A stretch of DNA of 64,000 nucleotides from Lophium mytilinum. Its lineage: Eukaryota. Positions 1 to 11,762 of this stretch are shown here, piece after piece. The stretch lies in the NCBI GenBank assembly GCA_010093605.1, contig MU004187.1, positions 558,001 to 622,000 of the forward strand, read 5' to 3'. The position numbers were made by a program, and so were the translations under genes. Numbering within the stretch: the stretch's first letter is position 1; every line of letters begins with the position of its first letter. Below the pieces are notes generated by a model. It was not told the origin of the DNA and searched no databases. It worked only from the letters and a program-made list of their open reading frames with translations.

Positions 1-2164
1 CGGTTCCGGCTCCGGATATCCCGCCTCGAGCAGCGCAATGCACACCCACGCCGTCTGCACGACCTGGCTCTGCGCATGCTGGCAGTACGTGCCCGTCTCG
101 CAGCTCTTGTACGTCTCCCCCCACCCGCCGTCCTCCATCTGGCGATCGAGGAAGAACCGGCACGCGCGGCGCACCCGCTCCGAGTTTTCGTAGTTCTCGC
201 CGACCGACGCGAGCGCTTCGAGCGCGAACATGCCCGCGTACGTGAAGCAGATGCCCCAGGAGCCGTACCAGGAGCCGTCGGCGTGCTGGGACGTGCGGAT
301 ATACTCCACGGCGCGCTGCTTGAAGTCCGCGATGTGGGAGGTGCGGTAGTCTGGGAAGCGTTCTGTGAACATAGACAGGGCGCCGACGACGGCGGTCGTG
401 CATTCCGGGTAGTCGTATTCGATCATGATGCGGCCGAAGACTTCGGCGGCGTTGAACCACTCGAGGTAGGCGGGGCCGCGGGTCGGCTCGTAGGAGGCGC
501 AGCCGCCGGACGGGTTCTGCATGGTTAGGAGGACGTCGATGGCTTGTTGTTGGCGGGCGGCGGAGATGAGCTGCGGGTAGCCGGGGATGTTTTGGAGCAG
601 CATGACGGCTTTGAGGGCTTCGGAGGTGCAGTCGGAGACGGTGTAGCCTTGCTTTTTGGTGCTGAAGCCCCAGGCGCCTTTGCGGCTCTGGCGGTACGAT
701 TTCTTCTGCTCGCGCACCTCCTCGCGGATTTGCTGGGCTTCGAGGAATTCGAGCGCTTTGATCAGCATAGGTTTCCACTTTGGGTCTTGCGCGAAGCCGG
801 CGGTGACGCAGGCTTGGATGAGGAACGCGGTGTCCCAGACTTGGACCCCGTTGGTACCGTTCATTAGCATGCCTTCGCCTTTTACCCAGAGGAACTCGGG
901 GAGTGTCTTGCGGTGCTCCTGTACTGAGTACGAGTCCGGCCCTTCTTGAATATAGCAGACTAGTGTATTCATAGGCCCATTTACTGGCCCGAGATTGGAA
1001 TACTCCGTGTTGTGATCTTCCTCTTGGACCAACCACCATACCCAGTTTTCTGCTTTCTTGATCAGGAAGTTCGGTCGAAGATATGGGTTCCAGACGTTTA
1101 CCAGTCCCCAATTTATCGAGTTCAGAAGCCAGCTCTTGGGATGGTAGTTATCTTTTGCGTGAATACTGTTCCGGTGAGACAAGAAATTGATCTTCTCAAC
1201 CGGCTCCGTGAATAGCTCCTGCTGCAGTGATCGCGTGACGTCGTTTAGTGGATATTGCCACCGCTTGGAATACACATAGCTCATGGGCAGGAAGACCATC
1301 CGCATGTGTATCCACCACCTCCACGGCGCAAGGGGCACCCAGTCCGGAAGAAGCCTACACCAAACAGATCAGCTTCATATTGTCCGTCCCAAGTCCATCC
1401 ACCTTACCAGAACTCTGGCGGAACCGGGTTGACCAAATCCCAACTCGCAATCCCCAACACCGCGAGCCAGAACTTGGCCCAATGTGGCCCATACACCGCT
1501 CCACCCATCTCATGAAGCAAACCCCTCGCCTTGATAATCCTCGGGTCCTCCGCACCCGCTCCAAGCAGTCGCAGCACCACATAGTTCATGCTCGTCCCAA
1601 ACACAGAGCTCTCGCCTTCGATATGTAGTCCCCATCCCCCGTCCTCGGGATTTTGGCGTGCGTATAGGTAGTTCTTGATCTCGATCTTCCACGCTTCGGG
1701 GACTGGTGTCTCGGTGACATACCAAGTGATAACAGCGCAAGGTAGCAGGAACATAGGCCCGCCATATTCACAGGCCCAGTTTCCGGGCGGGAGTTGGAGG
1801 TGTGAGAAGAAGGAGAGGCCATTGGCAGCGGATTCGAGGGGGGTTTTCGCAGCGGGAAGCTTGGGAAGGCCCTATAAAACATTAGCACTTTTAATCTATA
1901 CAGAAGCAGAATTGAGATAGAAGATATTGCTATTACAGTTTCTAGACCTAGATGGTATTTGTCCGCCGTGCTCTGCGGCCACGCCTTGAGCTCCTCGTCC
2001 GTCTCTAGGTAATGCCATGTCTGGCAGCCGTCGTCATCCTTCAGCCGCCATCGGGAGTAGTCCGTCTTCTGCTCGCCGACCGCATTGGCGGTGATGTGCC
2101 CATTTGTAGGCTTCTCTACCTCGCCCTTCGCTCGGCGATTTACGACGCCCTTGGTGTGTGCCAT
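1..2164 (-). CDS. ERG7: Lanosterol synthase (oxidosqualene cyclase), 3' end outside the window
   Basis: Exons 2164-1937, 1871-1408 and 1354-<1; introns 1936-1872 (GTAATA..TAG) and 1407-1355 (GTAAGG..TAG). Motifs: [37 protein letters not shown], catalytic VSDCTSE (~620-640), QW repeat [17 protein letters not shown]. Confidence 0.97.
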
Positions 2165-2918
2165 TGTGATTTAGAACAGAGAGTGAGTAGACTTTAGGAC
2201 GTGTCCGAGTGATGATACTACATTCGAGGTCGCATTGTTCCACCCTCCAGTATTGCAGGGGAGTAGCAATGTATTGAGGCAGACGTGAGGTCCGCCGCAA
2301 GCACATGCACGTCGCTCTCAACACCATGTCGGACTCTTGGCAAAAAGGTACAGGGCGCTCGGATTGGTTGTGACTTGCGGGACTCCGGCAGCATCCCAAC
2401 CACCAAGCCAGCCACTACTAGGGTCTATACGCGAGGGCAGGCCCTGACGGACTTTCACGACTTCTCTTTGATGGCAGCTCACGTCAGCTAAAATGCTCCA
2501 CCATTTCGACATCCGCGGAGCTTCATGCACTCAACAGCACATGTTTCACTTTCGATGTGTCAATCTCCAAGGTTGATGCGAACATGCCACCACATCACGG
2601 TGGTATTGTGGGGTGCCCCTGGAAGTGCTCATGAGGTCATTCGAGTGCACATTTGGCATAATTAAGTTGTTCAATCGCTTGTCAGATTACGTCCCACGAC
2701 GAGTTTCCATCGTCGTAGATTCGACCCAGTACATATACATCCAAGAGGCAGCCTGGCCCCCATATTCATCCCTTGAGCGCAACAGAACACAAAATGCACC
2801 TGTCCTCTGGCATGTGAAGCCTGGTAACTGTGTGATGCCGAGATGCCGATCCCAAAACCAAAAATCCCACTCGGTACGCCATTAATCCGTATGTTGAAGA
2901 TGCTGCAGAAAGACCCTC

Positions 2919-4052
2919 TCAGTCGCTTAGGTCAGGGTTGGCGATGAACAACCGCCCTGCCCCGCTCATCGTCATCGTTCTGTCGTCGACGCTGCCTCTT
3001 CTCCGTAGGTCGTCCGAGCCTTTCTTCTCTTCTTCAACGTGCCGTGGTGGGAGCTGCTGCATCTTGCCAAGGTTTCCGAAGCTGTTCTCTCGCTCTCCGG
3101 AGCTTCCACTACCTCCAGAGAGGCCTGTCCGGGTAGGCTGAGCGAAATAGTCTGGTTGCTTTGGAGCGTAGTTGCCCGGGACTGGTGTTTCTTCTTCGAG
3201 TGTGTCTGCGGGCGAGTTGTTGCTAGGCGGTGTACTGCTCGTGCTCATCCGTCCTTGGGCGTTCAGATACTGTATCCTCTTTCCAGATCCTAGAGAGCTC
3301 CTCCCGCTGCCGGTTCGATGGTGGTAGGGCTGGCCTGCCTTCTGGCTGTCTGCATCCTCGGAGTCGTTCTCGTCCACCTCAGTAGCACTTAACCGCATGG
3401 GCACCCCACTGCCTGCCATGTTTGCGGGTGCATAGAGGGATGCTTTTGGAGCACCGTGATGCCGTATCTTTGACCTCACTCCGGCCGCGACGCCAGATGA
3501 GGAGGTAGAGGTCCGCCCTGTAGTGTTGCCGCCCACGACCTCCATAGTTGCCCTCATCTTGGCTGCCCGCTGTGCTGCCTGTATCCGCGGGTCCTCCGAC
3601 TGTGCGCGATCACACCACACGGTGGCCTTTTGTTTCCGCATCAGTGACACATAGCTGGTTGGAGAGTTGTTGCCGGACCGCGAGGAGGAGGATCGTCGGA
3701 GGCCTGAGTTTGTTCGAATCATGCCCTGTCCGCCGCTGGCATTGGTAGAAGTTGTTGAGGCAGTGGCATTGGAAAGAGTGCGTCGTGAGCCTTGCTGGAA
3801 TTGCTGTTGGTACTGCTGTGGCGGTTGCTGTTGTTGCTGGCCGTATGTGTTGTTGGTGGGCGTGGGAGCAATCTGCGGGAAGACGGAGGAGGACGAGGTT
3901 CGTGTGCGACTGTGCATGCTTTGCTGGTGGTCAGGGACGAGGTGGCTTGCAGAGTCGTGCGTGGCACCCGCGGTGCCCGGCTGGGGGAGAGGCTTTCGAT
4001 GCGGGAGCTGCATGTACTGCGGCGGGCGGTAGTTGTCCACCATGGTGGTCAT
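2919..4052 (-). CDS. Conserved-looking fungal hypothetical protein, S/Q-rich low complexity (377 aa)
   Basis: Single 377-aa ORF with short conserved-looking islands (KQKATVWCDRAQSEDPRI, GVPMRLSATEV, RLFIANPDLSD) in disordered sequence. Confidence 0.75.
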   Translation of the reverse strand: MTTMVDNYRPPQYMQLPHRKPLPQPGTAGATHDSASHLVPDHQQSMHSRTRTSSSSVFPQIAPTPTNNTYGQQQQQPPQQYQQQFQQGSRRTLSNATASTTSTNASGGQGMIRTNSGLRRSSSSRSGNNSPTSYVSLMRKQKATVWCDRAQSEDPRIQAAQRAAKMRATMEVVGGNTTGRTSTSSSGVAAGVRSKIRHHGAPKASLYAPANMAGSGVPMRLSATEVDENDSEDADSQKAGQPYHHRTGSGRSSLGSGKRIQYLNAQGRMSTSSTPPSNNSPADTLEEETPVPGNYAPKQPDYFAQPTRTGLSGGSGSSGERENSFGNLGKMQQLPPRHVEEEKKGSDDLRRRGSVDDRTMTMSGAGRLFIANPDLSD

Positions 4053-7000
4053 CTTTTAGCAGAGTGGGGACGACGTGTTTGTTTTCGGGTTTGGTTCCTG
4101 GAAGGCGCGAGGCTCTGCGCCCTCTTTGTATAGAAAGGAGAGGTCGCTGGAGGTGGTGTTGCGGGCCGGGGTGAGGGCTGCAAGGTGGAGATATTGGGGC
4201 CTGTGCTTGCGGGCTGGCCGTTTTCGTCAGTGCCTGGTGGATCACTCAGCTCGGAACACACGAGGTTGCCACGGCTGGTTGCGGACGCTCAGCTGTCAGC
4301 GGGCGATGAGTGGGCGTGAGTAATTGACGAGCGTGCAGTGCTGGAAAGTCGCAGAAGAGAGTTGCAGCGCAGTGCCGTCGGCGGATGCAAATAGCTGGGG
4401 CGCGGGCTGTACTTTGTATCTGGGTTGTCCTGCGCTTCCTCTATCATGCCATGGAAATGGAACAATCGATAGCGGCTCTCCCGACGACACCGAAATAAAA
4501 CCAGCCGCGCGAGCGAGGGTTGCTGTTTTGAGACAAGCCTCCGCTCTGGCGGACGAGAAAGGCGCAACGTGGGTGTGGGGAGGCTCGCAGGAGGATGGGA
4601 TTTGCTGAGGCTTACGGGGCCCTGCTTGTGTATCGCGGCGATTCTGCGGCGGCAAAACGGCGTGCTTGAGCAATGCACTACGAATGAGACGCCGGACGAG
4701 CCGGCAGACAAGACTCTCCTGTCAAGCAAGTATCGGAATCGCCAGCGTGGAGGGCCGTTGAGGCGTGGATTGCGCGCCCCAAGGCCTCAAATACAACAGC
4801 CATCGCGGCTAGGGTCCGCTTTAATGACGACAAATCTGGGCATCAGAAGTCGCTCACGAACACCCAGCGCAGAGCCCGTATCCACCGGCGAATCACGGTC
4901 CGCCCTCGCCTGGCTTCATCGGTTGGTTGGTTGGTTCATTCATATTGCGGGTGTAGAGCGCCAAGGGCGCACGCCGCGTGGTCATCCTAGCTAGAGGAGG
5001 GAGATTTCTCTCCTCCAGCTGCCTAGGGGGTCCAAAACCCCTAGGAGTAGGTTCCACCTATCTACAATAGACTAATACAAGAAAGGTAATCAGGGAAAAA
5101 CCTCAGTATCCTGAGGGAAAAGTGCCTGCTACCACATGCCCATTCCTCCCCTATGCCTGTTGCTCCTCGCCCGCCCGTTGTAGATAGATGTGGGTGGATT
5201 CTTGGTGCCTAAGGGGCCCTCTTTAGAACTGGTGCGCCTGCGTGCATCCTGGGTAGTCAGCCAGCAGGTGTCCTTGTGAATGTATCAGATTATCAATGTC
5301 TTACCCCAAGGTGGCCTCTCCTCCCGTGCCCGCCGGTCACAGGAGTGCTGGATCTACTAAATCTGTTCCATCGCAGAGCTCCAACTCACAGCCCCTAGCA
5401 GAGGTGTCCGACCGACCGTGGTTGACGAAGGCCAACTGCTAGCAGTCACTGGAGGAGGCTACTTCTGCGGCTTTCCAGTATTGGAGCCTCGGTTCCAATG
5501 TGTCTGTAGTATTTGTGGGCTAGCTCCTTGCTACTCTACACCGGTGTTGCCACTCGAGTGTAGTAAAGGGCTGTAGTTGTGGTCTTGTAGTATGGGGTGT
5601 ATGCGTGAGCGGGCGCAAAATTCAGGGGCCAACGTCGCGAACAACGCTTCTGAAGCCCTGTGGCTTTCGTTGAAGTGATAATTCTGCTTGGTAGGCCCCG
5701 GCGAGTTAATTGCGCCCAGTATTTGTGACAATAGTGATGGATTTGTGTTGGTATTCCAATGGGTGGGTTCGTTGGGTGTGTGGTGTTTTTTCGCCTGGCT
5801 TCATCGCGAGTCTCACGATGCCCCTCCCTCGCCCGCTGTCCTTGATGCCTCGCTTCCAAGGCCCCAACACCTGCTGCGTTGGCCCCGTCGCGCATTGCTG
5901 GCAAGTCCCTCCTGAATCAAGAATCGTCGCCTGTCGTAGTGCGAACCTACATACCTAGCCCTGGTACCAAACACTGGGAAGTTGGAACTTCATCACAATC
6001 GCATGCGTGTCCCACGCTCAACCCCGACTGGCGCCCCGTTTGCGAGCAGCCGGGCGAATGACACGGCTGCTTGTCGCGCCTGGAACGTCTGGATGCTGGC
6101 TGGCCGCTGGCCTCTATATCCGCTTCGGGACCGGCTGGACTCCGATTACAGCAGCAAGTGGCTGCCAAACCAAATTGTTCCCAGGGCACTGCGAGACGGT
6201 GTGAAGACGGCTGCATCTGCGCGCGATGCTTCATGGAGCCCCCTGCTGGTCGGTACAGATAAGGTGCAATCCCTCGTCAAGAACTGCAGTTCGAATGGAC
6301 ATTACTCCGCGCACCACTCACAGGGACTCACCTCCCAGGCCGCCCTGCATCTGCGCCGTATCTGCATCAGCATCAGGTCATGCATGCTGCTGGAGATCGG
6401 TTCCCCGGCTTCTCTCCACGAAACCATCCCTTGTGTCGAGTGGACAACGCTGCCTCTCTGCATCAGAGCAGTGTTTTGGAGGCTTCGTGGCCCGGCAGCT
6501 CAACACCACGTTCGAGATCGCAGGATGCCCCCAAGGGATGCCCTAGCCGCCGCCGGCGCCCTCACGGCAGCATTAGCGGCTGAACTCTATCCTTTCTAGC
6601 GCCGAGCTGCGTCTGCATGTCTCGCTTTGGACGACCACAACGTGCAACGCGACCACACAGCATCCACAGCAGCCGCCACACGTCCGCATCCGATCAATCG
6701 GGTCGCGATCGGTGCGACGTTGCTACGCCACACTTCCCAGCAGACTGTTCTGCTGCCACGCGCTGTAAATCCGTGGTGTTTCTTCGTCCCGACCGCTCCT
6801 CTCGCCACTCCGCGAGTGTCTTGTCAGCGGAGAGAAGCGATCAGTGCCTCGCAGAGTTTTCCGACGTCTGACTTGCCGCACTTACCGATAATCATTCCAG
6901 CTGAACAGTAGCGCTGGTGGATCCCTCGTATGTACTTGAGTGCGACAGGTCCCGTTCTTCTCGCAACTCTCCACCAACCACACCAGCCGTCGCCCACACC

Positions 7001-7830
7001 CCGCACAGATCCCGTGCCCCTCCACACCACCAGCAACACGCCTGCACACCATCACGGTACTTCGTGGGGAACCGAGCGAGAACTGAGACGCGCATCTCCT
7101 TTAAGTTCATCCCAGCGCAAAGGTAGCCGGTCTCAGCGAAACAACCACTGACGTTACGAGACACATGCACGACGCGCCCATTTTTCCGCAAGCGGCAATT
7201 ATATCTTGCGAGGCTTTATGTAGGAGACTATACCTTATTCCTTGAGCATAAAGTGGCATTCCACCTGGGCACCGTCTGAGGTGGCCCAGCGAGCTACGAG
7301 GCTAGCCAGAACTGTCCTTGAATAAATCCAAAAATGCATTGGAGGTCCTCAACCAGGGCTAGGTAAGTGTACACAAACGGACCTAAAAAGCATCTATACC
7401 TTACTAGAGCTAGAGGTTCTACAATAAACCATCGCACACGTTCTTGGACTACTTGTGGACAGCTTAGCAGTTGAACACTGTCCAAGGCGGCCTAGCAAGC
7501 TACTAGGCTTGTTAAGATTGTTGCGTGCTAATTCTTTTTAATGTATCAGAGGACCACAGGCGATGCTACGCAAGTGCACATCATGAACGGGTATCCAAGG
7601 TCCTTTGTATCGCTATGAAGTTTGGAAGAAAATCAGACTCGGGGACCTGCCACTTTCTGTTCAAGGGAGCCCCCTACGTGTGTATCTCAGGAGTGGTCGT
7701 ACGAACGACACCGATCCGCATATTCTTAGTGCTCACAGTGGAGATGTGAACGTCGCATCATCGAACCCACTTGGGCATGACGCAAGCGCCGCCGCACACA
7801 TTCCAGTCGTGATCGCGACTCTTCGGAGAA

Positions 7831-9333
7831 TCAGTAAGGGTTGAACCGCTCCTTCTTCTTCTCCTTGTGTTTCCTCCTCTCCTCTCTATCTCCTTTCTTC
7901 TCCTGTTTGGTCTTCTTCGACGGCAGTCGTTCACCCTCAGAGACTTCCATTTCGTCTGCATCAGCGAGCTTCCAGGCCCGAACGAAGCCGTCCTCGCCGC
8001 ATGTGTACGTTGTTTGGCTCTGTGATACATTAGACTAAAACGCACCCACAAATGACGGAGAAATGAGGCAAGAATGCTAACCGGCATATCGCTGTACACA
8101 TCTCGCACAATCTCCTCGCCATGTCCGCCAGGCAGCCTGGCCCGCTTTTCGACATCGTACGTCCAATCTAGTGGAACGTCTCCTGTCGGTCGGCGCAGAG
8201 GGATGAGATCCAGATGCTGTGAGCTGGACACACATCAGCAATTGTAGACGCCCGGATTGAAGGCGTACATACCTATGACTTCCTCCAACCACGCACGCTT
8301 CTCCGCCCACCTCCATCAACTTGACCACGTACTCGAACCCCATGCCCTCCCTCACGTCTCCTAGCACCCTCGGAGCTGGCTCTACCACACTGTCATCCTC
8401 GCTCTGCAGCCGGTAGAAACTTAGCGTCTCGTCCGTGCCGAGCGCGTAGATGTCTGTCTCGTTTAGGAAGCCTGCGTGGTGGATGGCGGACGAGTGGTTG
8501 ATGACTTGGTACAATGCTTCTTCCTCGTCCGGTTTGCGCGTATCGAAGAGGTTAACGAGACCATCCGTGCTTCCACTCATGAGGACATGTGGGTGTGATG
8601 GGTGGAAGGAGAGCGTAGTAATAGTGTCAGTATGAGAGTCTGGGAGAAAGAGAATCGGGGTGGTGGGATTTCTCGTGTCCCTGGGATTGAAATTAGAACA
8701 GGGTTGGAACCCAAGGACATAGGTGCTGCCTGTAGCGAAAACGGTAGATATAGAAGCAGACGCAATAGGAAAAGACGTAGCCCACAGACTTGTATATAAA
8801 CCACGACAAATACACGTGAAAAACACGCAAAATGACCTACCAAACAAACACCGGCGCATCCCCCGGCCCATCATTCTCCAACTCCGCCCCCGCAACCACA
8901 ACCCGCCCATCCTGACCACACGCGAGCGCAGACAACGGGATATTCCCCGCTTCACACCGCGAAATTAGCAATCAACCCATCATATGTCCCGGGAGCTGGT
9001 GGCTGGGTTCAACACAAACAAAAGGAACTCACGACTCTGAACCCCTCCCACCCCACTCTTCCCAGCCCGTCTATCCCAAAACTTCACCAATCCGTCTCTT
9101 CCAGCTGTGGCATACGTCTCTGCGGACGCGGAAATGGGCTCGAGACACGTGACGCTCTTGTGGGCGTCGCGGATCAGGCCGTCGGGGAGGAGGGAGAGGG
9201 TGGCGGCGGAGAGGTGGCGGATGCAGTCGTCGGAGGAGAGGGTGGTGAGGGTGGTGGGGGTGGGGAGGAGGCGGTAGATGTAGGTGCCTGGGGCGAGGGG
9301 GGAGGAGAGGGAGGTGGGGTGGAGGGAGGGCAT
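7831..9333 (-). CDS. WD40-repeat protein (WDR89/YNL035C-like)
   Basis: Exons 9333-9033, 8949-8841, 8680-8273, 8223-8082 and 8019-7831 splice in frame. WD motifs: AHKSVTCL..TAGRDGLVKFWD, SHTDTITTLSFHP..LMSGSTDGLVNLFD, GGHGEEIVRD..TCGEDGFVRAW. Basic tail ends RFNPY. Confidence 0.88.
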
Positions 9334-10225
9334 TTTTGGTATTGGGGGAGTTGGGTTTGTGGGGTGAGGGTTAGTGAAGAGGGTGTGGCATGATTAAAAG
9401 ATGTGGAAGTTGGGGAAGTTTCTTGGGGTCGAGGTTGGAGATGGGAGATCGTGGGTTGAGGAAGAGTTTTGATGTGATAGATGGATTTTCGACCATGGTT
9501 TGCAGGTGAGGGGCTATGTCTCGATTCCTGAAAGCGTGTTCAATTCGATGACTTTCTATTGATGTACGTACTACAGACATCTATGCTATACGAGAGTCTG
9601 ATGGAAGAGATTCTGCTGATGGCTGCCGGATGTTTAGGGGTGAGTTTGTACCCGGTCCGTGGTGGGTGGTCTGCATGTCACGCCAACAAAGGTAGGGTTC
9701 GCACAGGGCAGTCTCACTTCGAGAAGGCCTTCAAATGATATAAGGCCCTCCAGCAGTCGTGTTGAGATACATAAGAGCACTCAAGACTCCATCCTGCTAC
9801 TCCCCGAAAGATAGACGAAGGATCATCTCGTGGCCGCAAACTTCAACTCCAGATCACGACTCCTCCTAGCGATATCGCGGCTTTCACCCCAAGCAGACTC
9901 TCCTAGGTCCTGCTTCTACTCGTCTCTCTCACTGAACAGCTTCTCAACAGCGTGCTGATAGTTCGAGGTCGATATGTCACCCTGAATATGAAACGCACCG
10001 AATCATTGGATAAGACGTAATGCGCGATTAACGACGGGTTGTCTCCTCTAGGAACCTCGTTCTCGCCCTCATCGACAGAATGCCGCTAAGGAAACGAGAA
10101 GCGTCGCCTCCGCATTCCTTGCGGTTGGAGGCGGCGAGGTTGAAATTCCCTTGTAAATTGAAGAAGACGAAGGAGCGACGAAAATCTCCTCAAGAAGAGG
10201 TCCACTGCCAAGCGAACACGGGCCT

Positions 10226-10248
10226 GTCATCGGAGCAGCGGTGATTGG
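10226..10248 (-). promoter_or_regulatory. Bipartite CCAAT-binding complex:HapX element (CCAAT-N12-GATGAC) upstream of SDH3
   Basis: Minus strand reads CCAAT CACCGCTGCTCC GATGAC, about 140 bp upstream of the SDH3 ATG. Matches the CSAAT-N12-RWT motif with overlapping TKAN described for Aspergillus CBC:HapX. Confidence 0.65.
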
Positions 10249-10389
10249 TCCTCGGCTATTCTACGCTCGACGGGAGAGCCATCTCAGAGAGAGCATCACC
10301 GACCGTTCCGAACATCTGCACCACCAACTCCCCACTCCAGCCGCTCTCTCCACGCCGCTGGCCGCATTGAAGACGCAATTGCTGCCATC

Positions 10390-11038
10390 ATGTCCGCTCC
10401 TCGCGCCTTTAACCTCGCGCTGCGGCGCCTTGCGTCGCCCGCCGGCCTGACGAAGTTCTCTCCTGCGGGGCGCCTCATGCAACAAAGGTACATTCAATCA
10501 TGCGATTTCCAGCCTTCAATCGTTCCATTTCCCCGAAATACCTTCTCAGGTATCTAATTACTTCGGGGACAATCCAGCTAACCTCTCTCGCAGATTCGCC
10601 GCCACCACCTCCATCGCCGAAAAAGACGCCGTCAACTCCATCCTCGCAAAGCAGCGCCTCAACCGCCCCGTCTCGCCACACCTGACCATCTACAAACCGC
10701 AAATGACATGGCTCATGTCCGGCCTCACGCGTATCACCGGCCTCATTGTCGCTACCGGCTTCTACGTCTTCGGTCTCAGCTACCTCGCCGCGCCGACCCT
10801 CGGATGGCACCTCGAGACGCCTTCATTGGTTGCAGCGGTGGCGGCGTGGCCGGTCGTCGTCAAGGTGACGGCGAAGCTCGCCATCGCGGTGCCGTTCTTC
10901 TACCACAGCATCAATGGCGTCAGGCACTTGGTGTGGGATTTCGGGAAGGGGATGACGAACCAGGCGGTTGTGAGGGGTGGGTGGGTGGTTATTGCGTTGA
11001 CGGCGGCTAGTTCGCTGTGGGCTACGTTTTTGGCGTAG
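10390..11038 (+). CDS. SDH3: Succinate dehydrogenase cytochrome b560 subunit
   Basis: Exons 10390-10487 and 10594-11038; intron GTACAT..CTAAC..CAG. R-rich mitochondrial presequence, RLNRPVSPHLTIYKPQ, and heme-ligand segment FFYHSINGVRHLVWD. Confidence 0.96.
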
Positions 11039-11679
11039 AGAATGGATGGGACTGGGGATATTGGAGAGGAGAGATGATATGGTGGGTGGATGGATGGGTG
11101 GATGGGCGGGGTTGATGTTTGATTGGGGGGTGTTTTGAGGATGATAAGAGGGCTTACACTGTACATTTATAACCAATTGCGAATTGAATGCATTCTACGA
11201 TCTCAAAACCGGATTATGGCACGTCCGTGTGATGCCAATGCTCTCGCATGTGTCTAGCCGAGGCGCCTACGAAGGCATCAAAGATCGTATAAAGAAGAAG
11301 CGCAAATCAGCATGTATCACCGAGCGAGTTTCAGAAGGACCAATAATTAGGTACCTAGGTATACGGATGTTTTGTTTGGCTGTCTCGGTCAAGGGTCATA
11401 TGATGTTCAGGAAGTACTTCAAATTGATAGAAAGTTCGAATGGAAGGTCCATTTTGATCCCGACGCTAGACATGAGAGCTCCGAGACTAGATGTTCAGAC
11501 ACTCGCCGGTCCTCACACTGTATACGTTCATACATACTAATAGAGTAGCGTAACAAAGTCGACATGATTTATGTTCCGGCCCCTTCATGGCCCAAATTGC
11601 AATAGAAACACCAATGTTATTTGTTGCAACATATGTACGAGTACTTGCGACCTCTGCCCATGTATCGCCCGACTATAAT

Positions 11680-11762
11680 ATCTACACTCCCTCTACGATA
11701 TCTACAATATCTACAATATCTGCAATATCTACAATATCTGCAACATCTACATATCTACAATC
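11680..11762. repeat. Imperfect 9-bp tandem repeat (ATATCTACA/ATATCTGCA) at the P450 stop codon
   Basis: atatctacaatatctacaatatctgcaatatctacaatatctgcaacatctacatatctacaa is visible directly. Confidence 0.85.

Noticed and set aside
4075..7191. Many overlapping 60-205 aa ORFs in GC-rich intergenic DNA
   Set aside because: R/P/A-rich compositions typical of spurious GC-rich frames, several with non-ATG starts, and no domain signatures.
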